Below are positions 36,341 to 48,979 of a DNA stretch of 64,000 nucleotides, in pieces (position 1 is the stretch's first letter; every line of letters starts with the position of its first letter). The notes below the pieces were generated by a model. The model had not been told where the DNA came from. It saw nothing but the letters and a program-made list of their open reading frames with translations, and made no database searches. The stretch is from Vicugna vicugna (taxonomy: Eukaryota). The stretch is taken from positions 372,001 through 436,000 of the forward strand of contig MU057987.1 of the NCBI GenBank assembly GCA_013265495.1, given 5' to 3'. Made by a program: the position numbers and the translations under genes.

Positions 36341-39300
36341 GGTCTTTGTTTTTGTAACCAAGAATCTGCTCTGTGGGTAGAGAGTGTAATCTCTCTCCCC
36401 ATGCTTATTTTTAGCACCTTTATTTTACACGCTCTTTGCTTTTTCAAGCATGTCACTTAATATCATTTTTAGTAGTGATAAGTTACCTAAAGTCTAATTT
36501 TTCTTGATGCTTAAAAATAGTGTCCAATCTTGGCAAATATCCCCTTCTTTCCATCACTGCAGTGAGCTTCCATTCTGTCATACTTGCCTGTCACTTATAC
36601 TAATTTTGACTCAAAGAAATAATCTTTTTCAATCATAAGACGTGATCAGCAATTTACGTTCACAGAACAACAATCTTCAACCTGCTGTTAGTTGGTTGTC
36701 CCCTGTGTTGAATTATGTACAGCGGTGAACTGATGTGAACTGCTCTCCAGTGGAGATTGATTTCGCACTACCAATCTCATTTCTTCTAAGTCTTTTGGTC
36801 CTAAGACCTTCCAAGTGGCGATGATAGGCCCTCTCTGTTTTGTTTTATCCTGTCACCAGGTGCTTAAAATTTGAAGTTTCCTTTTTATAAGATATCATAA
36901 AAATGTTTGCAATCTTATAAGATACCATTATCGGAATACAGAAAAGCACTACTATGCTGGACATGAAGAGGAATTAAATAATGGTAGGGTCACCAACATT
37001 TCAACATCTGCCATCATCTTTGTTCTAGTATTACAAACTAGCAATCGTTAGTCTTAAGTATCTCAGCATCTTGCTATGAGAAGATTTAATATACATTTAA
37101 ATCAGTATTTTTAGTTTAATCTGCAACGAGCTGGCACACACTCAGAAACGCAGAAATGGGCAACCAATAAAAGGAAAATGGTTTCTTTCTCTGAGATGCT
37201 TATATGGGAAAATATTATTAACAATAATGGAAGCTAGTCATTCGCATCAAGAGGGCACTATGCCCGTAAGTGCTCTTGAAGCAACATGTCAAATTTGCTG
37301 GTTTTTTAAGTTCAGATTTGTGTAGTGCCTTATTCGCTGTGTAATAATATCAGTCTCTGAAGTACATCCATAATTATACCAGCAATAACCTTTTTTTGTT
37401 TGTTAGTTTATAAAAACAACACTGAGTGAGCAGCTGAGATGTAATTTCCTGGAGCAAAGATCTAAGAACTGATAGCATCTTTTTAACTCTCTATCATTTT
37501 CAAGCTCAAGTTCAAAAGGTCAAGATTTTTGTTTGTGCGATTTCCAAACTATGTTGTCCCATAAAGTAATGGAATTAGCGATGATTGAAAAATCACATAT
37601 ATATTTAATGAATAGCACTAATGGATATGTGAAAATAGTAAAATATAAGCACACATTAATTATTCAGTATAATTTAAAGAACAAGACACTCTATTTCTTT
37701 GAATTTTCTGATTAGGTGGGGTTTTATCCATTTGTGGGACGTATGGACCAGTTCACTCACCTCGTCTCATTGAATAGTTTGTATTTTTAAAAATATAGAC
37801 ATTGACAAAACACCGGTCTTGAATTTAGAAATAAAAATATTAATAACATTGTCAATAGTCTTTGGAAAAGTATTATAAAAACAGAAATTTTAAGTTACCG
37901 CCAAATCCTATAGGTGGAAAAGAATAATTTCTACACCCCCAAATTGATTTTAATTATTCCAAATATAAATTTTAATTCAAAATTTGATGCAAAAAAGTTC
38001 TGAAAAACAACAAGTAACTCAGAAATTCTATAATCTTATTTTAAGAGGTGATAATAAAAATGCAAATATGAAATTGCCTCTGGCTCTCTTAGTTAACAGA
38101 ATAAATCTTAGCTGAATTATTTATCCCCCTTAATACATATTCATATTCTTGCTGTAGCCTGAAAACTCAGGGGTAAAAACTAAAGGCCTTCGGAGATTGC
38201 TAGGACACCATTGGTAAACAGATTAAAACTTGTATTTGTTGATGTGCCTTCTTCTAGTCTCTTTTTCTCATTGCCTATGCTTCCCGCCATATGGTACCTC
38301 TGTCTCAAGGTAGGCATGATCTTGTCTTCCTCAAATGAACAAGAACCAAATTCAAATTTTATGTTAATTCACTTATTCCAAGAAATTTAACACCACCTCT
38401 CCCACACGCAGAACGACCTGTCTTTGGGTGAACTGTCAACATAATGTAATGGCTTTACCCTCTTCAACCTGCATATCTACTTGGGTGCTTGTTGTGTAAG
38501 AGAGACCAAGTTTACTAGAGCTCTTTCTACTATGTCTTTATGACAGTTGATTGATAGCACGTATATAAAAATATTTAAATGAAGTTTACTTTTGCCTTTT
38601 GCAAGAAATTCTTAGGTCAGCCTCTTCAGGGATTATTAACCAATTAACCTTCCTTGATTTCTCTTTGAGACTTCCTGGTTACCAGTTAGAGTTCTTAGGC
38701 CTTCTTTTTAAAATCATTTTAAGCAAAGAGTCAGATTTAGCAGCAGGATTCAGGGGGTCTCTTTTGGAACCTACAGAGAAGGAGGCACAGGACTCCTGTC
38801 TCAAGGAGTCTCTTATTCTTTCCGATTTCTGTCCTGTGCAGTTGCTGGGTTAGTCCCTAGTGAAGGCCAGTTCCCTTTGTATTTCAACCCATATGATAGA
38901 AAGTGGCTATTTAATAACTCCAAGCTTATGCTGGCCCCATTGATAGATGAGCAAGATGGAGCTGAAGTCTTACTTGCAATCAATGACATGTTTTCAGAAA
39001 CAAATTGATATTAGCCCCATCCATTCTGGCCCGAAGGCTGCATTGCGTTGCCCAGACATAGCTGCTCCAGTTAGAAAACATGTAAATGGCAGTGGGATGA
39101 GGGGCAATTGACAGCAGCACAAGATGCCTTGATTTTAACTCTCAAATTACTTAGATGAAGTTTTGACTTACAAACGAGATAGAAGAATGGAATAATAGGT
39201 CCGTTCTCTTCATGGATTTATAGTATTGATCAATGACCAATCAGTATCATTCAAATAAATACAGAGCTTTACTTAAGGGAAAGCTAGAATTGGCTTTGGT

Positions 39301-39569
39301 TTGTAACCATGCCTACTGAATGCTACTGTTATTGTCCAGAGATACTAACAATATTTGCTGTTTGGAATCATGTTTGCTAGCAAATCACATAATATATTTG
39401 TTCCTTTTTAATTTTCGAAATAAAGACCACCAGACACCAGTATTGCTGAAAATGCCAGCACATAGGTTCACATGTAGTTGTAAATCTACAATATTAATTG
39501 TCAGCCCTGGCACTTTTTTCTGATGTAATGTGGTCATACTCGTTAGGTCAAAAGGCAGAGATGATAGAT

Positions 39570-39640
39570 GAATTGCTGAGATCATGGTGTTGATGAAGCC
39601 AAGGTCAAAGGTGTGAGCTTTATGTGGGCCACGATTTTTG
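39570..39640 (+). mobile_element. Possible ancient tRNA-derived SINE head (MamSINE1-like)
   Basis: 'gatcatggtgttgatgaagccaaggtcaaaggtgtga...tatgtgggcc' loosely resembles the tRNA-Ile-like head. Confidence 0.35.
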
Positions 39641-41242
39641 CAGAGAGAAAGTGGAAAGCCTGCATCTCAGATCTCCTCTATTCTTCTTAACACGTCCCAT
39701 TACACAGGAGGGAAAATGGTGATAATGTTAAAGAAACTTCTTACACAAATATGCATGTCTTCCTCAGTATCTAACGTCAACTTAAAGATAAAGGGAAATT
39801 TTCCATTTAATCAGAGAGTATCTTGGTCTATAGAAAATCTAACAAATCCACACAGTCTGGCCTTTATGAAAATAGATCCTCGTCACTGTCAACTGTTAAT
39901 CTAAAAAATGTAAAGAATATTGTGAACTGATTATTGTTTAGCCATTCCCACGATCTGAATAAATCATAATGTGTATCATTACTGACATCTGTACTATTTT
40001 GTCAATCTTTTGATTTTGCTGCAATAACTAGTTATCTGTTTGAATTGTGTAAGTCCAGTTCTCAGGTTGTAAAAAAGAAGAAAGAAGTAAAGACAGCAAG
40101 GGAGGTAAGTATTTATTACTTTAGAAGAAAAGGTTTGTGTTGGGACCCAATATATAGTAGCGTTTACTTTGGGAAGTTAAACATCTTGTAACTCTAATCC
40201 ATCTTGGATGCCCAAAGTCACTATGTGTTGAAACTGACTGATGAGTCTAGGGATGTTTTCGGAAAAGCAAGCTAGAAGTGTTTGGGATTTAAACAACCTG
40301 GCATTACGCCTCAGGATATGTTTTCTCAGAAATTTGAAATTATTCTTGACTAAGTCTTTCCAAACCTGGGTAAGAATTTACCAGGACTTGTTGACAGTGA
40401 TGCCACACTCTATTAGCAAGTGCCAATAATTTGAGATCGCCCTGATGGAAGCGCTTGACCTATTTGGGATCCATGTGACCGTTTTCACTGAGATAACGTA
40501 AATTAAAGCCAGAGGATATACTGTCAGTTGATACACATGCAGTATTTCTCACACCGTTGTGGAAGGGTGAAATGATGACTGACCTGCCTAGTCCTCTTCA
40601 TTTCAATAAGCACATAATGGGACAAAATACACCCCCCAAATTGTGACACCTCTATTGCTTACATCAGGCATGCTGATGCCCGCGTGCGCACACAGGTGTA
40701 TATCGTGAGGGCTGTTTCTTTTCTTGGTTCTTCCTGCTTCCGTTTTAGGTCTGGTTTGTGCTGCTGTCTGTGTGTTTGTCCATCAAACAAGCCAGTAGGT
40801 TGTGTCAGTTAACTCCCCATCGCCTTCTGACACGATTCTGAGCGCAATCTGAGTGCTGTTTATACTTTGATGTACAGATTTCCTTTCAAGCTAGTGAAGG
40901 TTCCATTACTGCCCCTAGGAGGAATGGATTTCTTTGTCTACTGGAATCAGAGTGGTCTCTTGTCTCTTTGATACTGTTGGGTTTTCTTTCAGGGGCCCTT
41001 TCCAATTTTAGCATGGTATCTCTTTTCTACCCTAAAGATCAGTTATTTTCTAAACCAAAATCTCCCTTAAAGGACCATATAACCATTTTCATAATACGTT
41101 TATTAAATAAAACAATCACATCAAGTGTTGAATCATCCTATTAACATTAAAACACAATTAAATAGTCATACACATGTGCTTTCTTTGGTCATTAACCCCA
41201 GGACTTTACGAGAACCCTTTTATTTTATTTTGTATCTAATTT

Positions 41243-41838
41243 GTTTTCCAGCTTTATTGAGATATAACTGAAGTATAACATTGTGTAAGTTTAAGATGTA
41301 CAGTGTGCTGATTTGACACCCTTGTATATCAAAATGATTTCCACCATAAGATTAGCTAATACTGTCATCAAGTCTTGTAATTTACCATTTCTTTTTTTGT
41401 GGTGAGAACCTATACGATTTACTCTCTCAGCACCTTTCTAGTATATAGTACAGTATTATTAACTATGCTGTATATTTAACACCCAGAATTTACTCATCTT
41501 AAAACTGGAAGTTTGTACATTTTGACCAACATCTCCCATTTCCCCAACCCATTAGCACCTGTTAACCACCATTCATTCTACTGTCTGTTTTGACACGTTT
41601 GGTTATTTGAGATTCCACAAATAAGGGAAATCATACAGTATTTGTCTTTCTCTGTCTGACTTATTTCACATAACATAATGCCCCCGAGGTCCATCCAATG
41701 TTGTTGCAAATGGCAAAATTTCCCTCTTTCTTATGACTGAATGATATTTCATTATATATATATATATTTTTTTTCTGCTTATCTGCTGATGGACACTTAG
41801 GTTGATTCCATGTCTTCACTATTGTGTATAATGCTGAA
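41243..41838 (-). mobile_element. L1MA9-like 3' end
   Basis: 'ccagctttattgagatataactga...ttgtgtaagtttaag', 'gattccacaaataagggaaatcatacagtatttgtctttctctgtctgacttatttcac' and 'gatggacacttaggttgattcca'. Confidence 0.9.
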
Positions 41839-42781
41839 AATAATCTATGATCTCAGCCATCTAATCTAATTTTCTCTCAAAATTCTGTACACTAGTTACA
41901 AAAATACGTATGGTGTGCACAACACAATGGTAGGATTAGTGGGGAGTCAAAGATAGGAAAAACTACATTTTAAGCTTTCTTGTCTTAAATTGAATAAGCC
42001 AGTCCCTCAAAACACATACAATCCAGGTAGTCAAGTCAAAAAATCTGCTGTAAATGAAGAGTGGCAGCTGGCATTTAATTTTGAAAACACCGGTAAATTA
42101 TTTTTACATTCTTTAAAAATATAGGCACACAAATTGAAAACCACTCATGGTATACAATTCAGTGATACAGCCGATAATTGTTGATCATGTTTGTTCTCAC
42201 GTGTCTGAATGGATTTTCTAATGGATAATTCTTATGTCTGACACGTTCTTACGGTGTTAAAAAGTTCTAAGAGAAGAATAAGATGAATACAACTCTGGGT
42301 TATCTTTTTCCAATTGAAAACATTTTAAAAAATCTTTGAGATTAATGTAGGTTTTAAATTTGTTCTAGAAGATGGACTTTATGTCCATTAAGTAAGAATT
42401 AATTATCTGCTATGCCTCTTTACTGTAACAAACTCTGCTTTATTACTTTCCTCGCAGCCACCAAAGCAAGCACTTCAGCCCCTGCATGTATGAGCTAACT
42501 GCTGTGGGGGAATGCTGGAAGTAATGAAAATAATTGCACTTTGAGATCTCTCCTGGAGTTCTCTTGTCCTGAAGAGCTCCATTACTTCTTTTTCAATCTG
42601 TCACCCCTCACTGTATCCACCTTTCTGCTGTATCTACCTGATTTTCATGAAACACCAGAAAAACACCATATGACAAAAACACAAAGCAAATTCCCCTAAA
42701 TGTCTCTTACGGTGGGAATGGAGGCAGTGATTTACACACAACAGTGAAAACGACTTGAAATCAAATATAATAAGCATTCAC

Positions 42782-43184
42782 TGTGGTGTGCCACCTAGAA
42801 CCTTCTTGAGAATTGAAGAATGTACTTGAGAATGCTGCTGGCAGACGGCCCTACTGACAGCCTTCCTTCAAGACTGTCCCCACTGACGAGCCCCCAGTGA
42901 CACCTGCTAGGGCGGCGTGCATCCAGTAACTGGTCTACATGGGGCTGCATAGATGCAATGCCTTGCTTCAATTTGGAACAACTCTGAAGGACCACTGTGG
43001 GCTTATCACAGCCTGATGCATCCCTCTGGTCTTCGTGGAGACTGCATGGTAGCTCATCTCCTTCTGCCTAATCTGGCTTTTGTCACTTCCCTTCCACAAA
43101 CATGGACCCCAAAGCCCTCCCTGAGAAAATTTCTGCATGCCAATCATTTCAGAATCTACTTCCTTTGGAACACATCCCGGGACA
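42782..43184 (+). mobile_element. ERVL LTR (LTR16A-like)
   Basis: TG start, internal 'gcatccagtaactggtc...ggaacaactctgaagg', and end 'ctgcatgccaatcatttcagaatctacttcc...ggaac...gaca'. Confidence 0.75.
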
Positions 43185-43319
43185 TGGTTTTTTGTTTGTT
43201 TGTTTTCTTAATATATATATTTTCACATGGGACATGTTGTTGATTAAGTCTTCCTCTATGTAGTTACCAAATCTCTCAAGTTAGAAGGGATCCTAACAAC
43301 ACTTCTAGACAGCAAGCCA

Positions 43320-43460
43320 GGACTGGTTCTCTACTTGGGTGATTCTGTGTGGTAGGTTCATTTGCTCAGACTGCGGCCTTGGATATTCTGGGATGGGAGC
43401 CAGGCATCAGCGTTTTAAAAATATTGCCAGCGATTCTAACGTGTAATTAAGGAACCAATG
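43320..43460. mobile_element. MER5-like fragment
   Basis: 'tggttctc...tctgggatgggagccaggcatcagcgttttaaaaa...gattctaacgtg'. Confidence 0.55.
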
Positions 43461-45024
43461 GCCAATAACTCCGCCACTCTCCATCAAGTCTCTCTGCTCC
43501 CCTGGCTGTACTTCCTTATTAAAGGAAACCTTGCTAGCTCTTTGACGTTCTTGTATTTGACTTGAGGAATAGTTTTATTTAGTGCTCATCTGAGGAGCCA
43601 TCCTTCTTCCACCCTGAGACCAATGAGTGACTTTGGTCTCATTGGCTCAGATTATGACTCCTCCATTTTCCAAGATCTCCATGATTTATTTATACATTGC
43701 ATCTTTCTTAGAGAACTAGCGTAGTCATGTTATAATCATGATTTGACAACAGAAGAATCAACTGAACCTGCCAAAGGCAAGGTAGTATTTTGCCACATCA
43801 TTTAATTATTTTATCCCACTATTAAGAAGTCCATTATTACAATAAGTTATTTGAGAAAAATGGAAGTTATCAAGCAAATGAATGCTAAAACATAAGAACA
43901 AACTAATAACCCTATCTCTGTCCTGTCTCTCTGGGTTGTGACTTCAGGAAATTCTGGGATATCTAGATATGAGCTTTCCGTACATAATAGACACACGTTT
44001 GAGGCTTCAATCTTAAGTAGTATCTTTTTGATGATACATATGCTGTTACTTTCCCAAGGTATGAATTTAGTATTTGAAACCTAACATTCATACTTCCCTT
44101 TACAGTTTATAAAATCTCTTCACATCAATTATCTCATTCGACATTCTCCAGTTGTGCCGAGTGATTTAATAAACGGGGTGATACTGGCATTCGGTTCTTG
44201 TACGGAATGGAACCATGATTAACAAAAAGCAATTTGATAGATTTGCTTCTATGCCCTGTACATCCAGTTATTAAGGTTTAATGTTGCATGATGACCTAAT
44301 TTTTGAAAGATTCCTATGCATGCAGTCAAAGGGTTTAAGAGGAATGGTACTGTTAAGAGGGACAATACTAGAAAGTAGCTTTGGAATTAGGCGAGCCAAG
44401 CTAAAACAGATGACTCTGCTCACAGAGCTGAGTTATTAAATCTGCATATTTCATGCCCAAGTCCACAAGGAAAATCTCCAAACCAATAAAGTTTGATCTC
44501 TTTAGGATCTATCATTTCTGGGCCATTTAATCATTTTTTAGAATTTCTGTAGTTCCAAGTGTTTTGGATACACTTGGATGCGCTTCACCTTGGCGATTAA
44601 GGAAACAGAGTTGACAGGTGTTGAAGCACTTTGGTCATTGGGACTTGGAATCATGGACTCTTTGGCTTCAATAAACTTGACTATTAGGGCCAAACACATT
44701 ATATATAAAACGTATTTAATACTGCTTTTAATAATGGTAACAGAGTTTAAAATCTAGACTGCCAAAAACTCACACTGAGATTTTCTCCAACCCAAAGAGA
44801 TAAAATGAAGTCTTTTATCAAGGCAAGTGTATACATTGAAAGGTGAAAAGAATATGTATTGTAACATCTTAAAGTTCTTATGAAAGTTCCGACTGAACCT
44901 GGTTAATGATCTTTGGAAAAAAATAAGAGATGACATTGAAAGTCAAAGTGAAAAATCTTTTTTGAGGATGAAAGCACTATCTTCTTTTGTAAATTATGAA
45001 AGGACTTATGGGTATGTCTTAATG

Positions 45025-45200
45025 ACAACAGATAACAATCGCTAACTTTTATGAGGTGCTTACTATGATCCAGATCACAGGCACTGTCCTTCCCACAGCC
45101 CTGTGATGTACCCTTATTTTACAGACAAGGACACCAAGAGACCAAACTAATTATTGGAGGATGAGCAGCCATTGAAAGGCAGAAGCAGGATCCGAACCCA
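45025..45200 (-). mobile_element. MIR SINE
   Basis: 'gctaacttttatgaggtgcttactatg...cttattttacagacaaggacacc...ggcagaagcaggatccgaaccca'. Confidence 0.75.
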
Positions 45201-45849
45201 GGGAGAAGCACACTGATCTGCGCCTTCTGAGAAAGTGTCGTTTCTCCTGAAGGCTCCTGAGGTTGTTGCCGTGTTCTGGCAGGCGAAAAGTCAGCATATC
45301 AGAAAAACAAACCAGCTACGTTGGATAAGGAAACAGAATAAAAGATTCATCTTCCTTAGTTGAGAAGAAAATGAGTTTCTGCTAGCAGACTAAATGCTCC
45401 CCCAGAGCCTGGAGATATTACTTTGATTTCCAGACTGGTTCAGCTTACAACTAGAAAATGAAACGTTTGGAGCAGAGATGACAGGCAGGTCTCGCCTGTA
45501 TGAATGAGAGACGGCGGAAGTGGATGTGAGTGGAAGGATGTGTGGGGCAGCTTTCCAGGTCCTGGGTCCGCAGGGCACAGGGCTGCCTGCCTGGGACTGG
45601 GGAAGGCACTGATGAGTAAGGATGCCAGGAATGTACCAATCTTGGTGTAAACAGTTAGAGAAAAGGACTTAGGGAGTCTAGGGAATGATTAAATTAAAAA
45701 AAAAATCCCCCCTCAGCCTGAGGTCTCTGATTCCCCTTCCTCCCACGTACGTTCTCACTGACATGCTCAGTGTTTCCTAGGATGTGTGTGTTTCCTTGTA
45801 ATATATATGATTTATCTTCAAAATGTAAGTTGAACTAATTTAAAATTTT

Positions 45850-45899
45850 TTTTAAATTTTTTATTGATTTGTAATCATTTTACAATGTTGTGTCAAATT
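45850..45899 (-). mobile_element. Ultra-short young L1 3' end with TSD
   Basis: The minus strand reads 'aatttgacacaacattgtaaaatgattacaaatcaataaaaaa', the same tail as at 36198. Perfect 14-bp TSD taatttaaaatttt at 45836-45849 / 45900-45913. Confidence 0.85.
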
Positions 45900-46074
45900 T
45901 AATTTAAAATTTTAACTGAGGTACGTAAATTAAAGACATTTGACTGTCGTTACATCCCCAAATGGCAGTCCTATGTGGCGCACCAAACGTAGAAAGGACA
46001 GTGTGCAGTCAAGACTCTTCCCTCTTTGTTCACCCAGCCCTGGGTTTCTTCACTGTCTGCCGCCGCCGAGTGAT

Positions 46075-46240
46075 AGAGACAGTGTGCGCTCAGGAGCCAG
46101 ACAGTTGGGCTTAAATCTTGGTTCTGCCACTTACTAGCTGAGTGTTTGTGGACAAGCCATGGAACTTCTGCTATGGCTTCTCCATCTAAAGAAACTGGGG
46201 CAAATAAAAGCGACCTCACATACCGTAAGACGTATCTCAT
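46075..46240 (+). mobile_element. MIR SINE
   Basis: 'ggagccagacagttgggcttaaatcttggttctgccacttactagctgagtg...tctccatctaaagaaactgggg'. Confidence 0.8.
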
Positions 46241-46314
46241 AGACTCAAAGACATTCTGATGTTAGTGCTTTATTGTTGTCACCAAAAGGCGTCAGTGTGG
46301 AGTTTTCACACAAC

Positions 46315-46960
46315 TGTAATCGAGCAGGACATGATGGGGCCTCCCCGGACAGACCGCTCCATGTCCTCCACCTGCCTCTTGTTTGTAGAAAAACTCTAAC
46401 CTCCTAGGCCTTTCCCGAGTTCCAAAGAATAAGTTTAATCAGAGAGATGAGAAAATGTAGAAACAAAGGACAATAGTCAAGCAAGACAAAATAGTAACAG
46501 TTTAGTCATTAAACAAAGTCAAGGGCCTTCAGTTCCTCCTCAAGGGCTATAGATAATATTCTGAGTCATATCCTCTGAGCTGTTTTGCAGATACTGAAAC
46601 CCTCACCAGGTGGAGAAGCCAACAGTGTGCTGCCCACAAACACGTAGACCTCAGACCGATTAGAACCAGAGGACTAGCTGATCAGAGATTTATGGATCAG
46701 ATAAAGTTCCAGTCACAAGTTAGACATGGTGGCTCCTTGGAACCATGTGATCAAGACAATCATCTTTGAAAACAGAAGTTTACCCTTTTCTCTTTTCCCT
46801 ATATAATCTCGGAGCCAAACCTGGGGAGTTGGGAGTGGGTTCTCTGGGACATACATCCATCTTCTCCCCAGGACTGCCGGTTTCCTCAGTAAAGCTATCT
46901 TCCCTTGTACCCAACATTGGATTCTTGAATCATGTGCAGCCAAACTTGGGTACAGTAACA
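46315..46960 (+). mobile_element. Solo ERV LTR (ERV1-class)
   Basis: TG...CA termini (tgtaat...gtaaca), 4-bp TSD caac (46311-46314 / 46961-46964), TATA-like 'cctatataa' near 46798, and polyA-like AGTAAA at 46888-46893. Confidence 0.85.
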
Positions 46961-48979
46961 CAACTACAGCACTCCGCCACCAGGCTGGGACCCACTCAAC
47001 AATTGTATGATGCTCCGTGATCTTAGAAGCATCACTGGAACAACTGGAAAAGTAGGGGAGAAATGATAAGTCTATTAGAAGCCAGGGAATAGGGTAATTA
47101 CCGTGAGGATTAAATGAGCCAATATGCCAAGTGGCGAGACCAGTGTCTTTGCACTTAGAAAGAACTCAATATTGCTAGACTTTATCCATGTCATTGAGTG
47201 TGTAGGCGTTTATGGGTACATATGAGCAACAGGTTGAGTTCAGTATGTCTAAGGGCCGTATTTTCTCTGAATACAAAAGAAATCAATTTATAATGTTCAT
47301 ATAGGGCCTGGGAAGTTAGGGCATTGAATCAATTTGAATTACTCTGAAGGTCACAGAGATCCTAACACAGTGATGTGAAGTCAAGAAGGTGGAAAAACCC
47401 TGAAGTAAAAGAAGTTTCTTTCACTCTGTGGTTGTGGATGCCTTTATTGATACTTAACGATCAAGATGGAGTCAAAACAGGAAGATAAAAACAATTTCAC
47501 GAAACAAGAAAAACATTATTAAAATACAGTCTCAGGCAGCCCCCCAGAGAAGCCATTTAAAATGGAAATAAACTCAATTAGAAAATATTCTCACCCAACT
47601 CAGTCATATTTCTCTTCTGATTTGGATATTACTACACTAAATGTCTTCATTACACATAATCAAAAACCCTATTAGAAAAAAGGCAACAAATTCTAAAATT
47701 ATACTATGCAAATTATCCTTCCCACAAAGCAGAAACTGAAATAGAATCATAAACTATCACTGATACACATGTATGTGTTAACGTATCAGATAAAGGTAAC
47801 ATTCCTAAACCTGAGGTTTCTTATTCAAAGTATGTTGGTTGCAGAAAAAGACCAAGACAAAAATTACTGTAGAATCGGACTGGTATCCATTTAGTAATTA
47901 AGTTTCACCATGCATTCCTTAACACATATATACTTTAAAGAATTATCCTTGAGTCAACACGTTTAAACTTTAAAAAACTGAATAAATAAATCCAATATGT
48001 TAAACATATATATTGATTCAGAGTAACAGAATACCTTCAAAATATTGGTCCATCATCATGTTTCTGATTCATAAAAATGTTTCTAGTTAAGAGAACTGCT
48101 TGTCCCAGCCCATTCCCCACCTAAGAGTAGGCACTTAAAATAACCAGTATCATAATTCTTATGTGGACTTATATTTTGTTAAAATAAGTTATAAATACTA
48201 AATATATTCACAAACTTTTAAGTGGTACCTATAGTCAACACAATCATTTGTTGCAAGAGAAATTAAGGGAATCTGAATTCCTCTAAATCCACAGATAATC
48301 TCCCCAAATTTATTTTAGCTGCTGTAGCATTGTCTCTTTTTCCACCCACTGAACTCTTCATTAGACCAGTTAACAGAGAAAAATGGTGGTACATGAACTT
48401 TCATGACCAACCTTACAGAAACGTGAATGATTAATCAAAAAGTAATATCTATAGTATGACTGAAGTTGCTACATCAAGAAAAAGACAAATAGTTTCGTTG
48501 TTTTCTTCCTCCAAATGCCTTCTTAAAAGAGGTCACTCAACTGATCTTTTCCAAGAAGGAAGGGTTTCGTTGTTGAGCAGATGGTAGTTATCAGGCATTT
48601 TATATTTGTATTACCTCACTATTGTCTCCTATGGGTCAAAAAAGTGACAGTTCAGGGTAGTTTGGCTCTATTAGGTCTGCCAGGTTTTCCTTTGAATATG
48701 AAAGTGATAGCTTTTCTCTCCCAATGAGGAAAAACTATTTAAATGAACAACTGTAAAGCTGCAAGGTAAAAATGAAAGGGGAAAGATGGCTTTTGCACCA
48801 TCAAGGTCAATTCACATGCCCTTGGCCTGGAAATACATTGAAGAGCAGTGCAAGTTATCAGTGGGAGTGTCACCTTGTGTGCCCAGTTCACTGGTCACCT
48901 CTACAAATAAAATACATGAATGGAGGTTACTGGTTGCAAAGATGGTGAATTGCAAAATTTTATTAAGACTGAGGTGATG

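Noticed and set aside
47444..47449. Minus-strand AATAAA as a further distal CDH2 polyA site
   Set aside because: No GU/U-rich downstream element, and the hexamer is common in AT-rich DNA.
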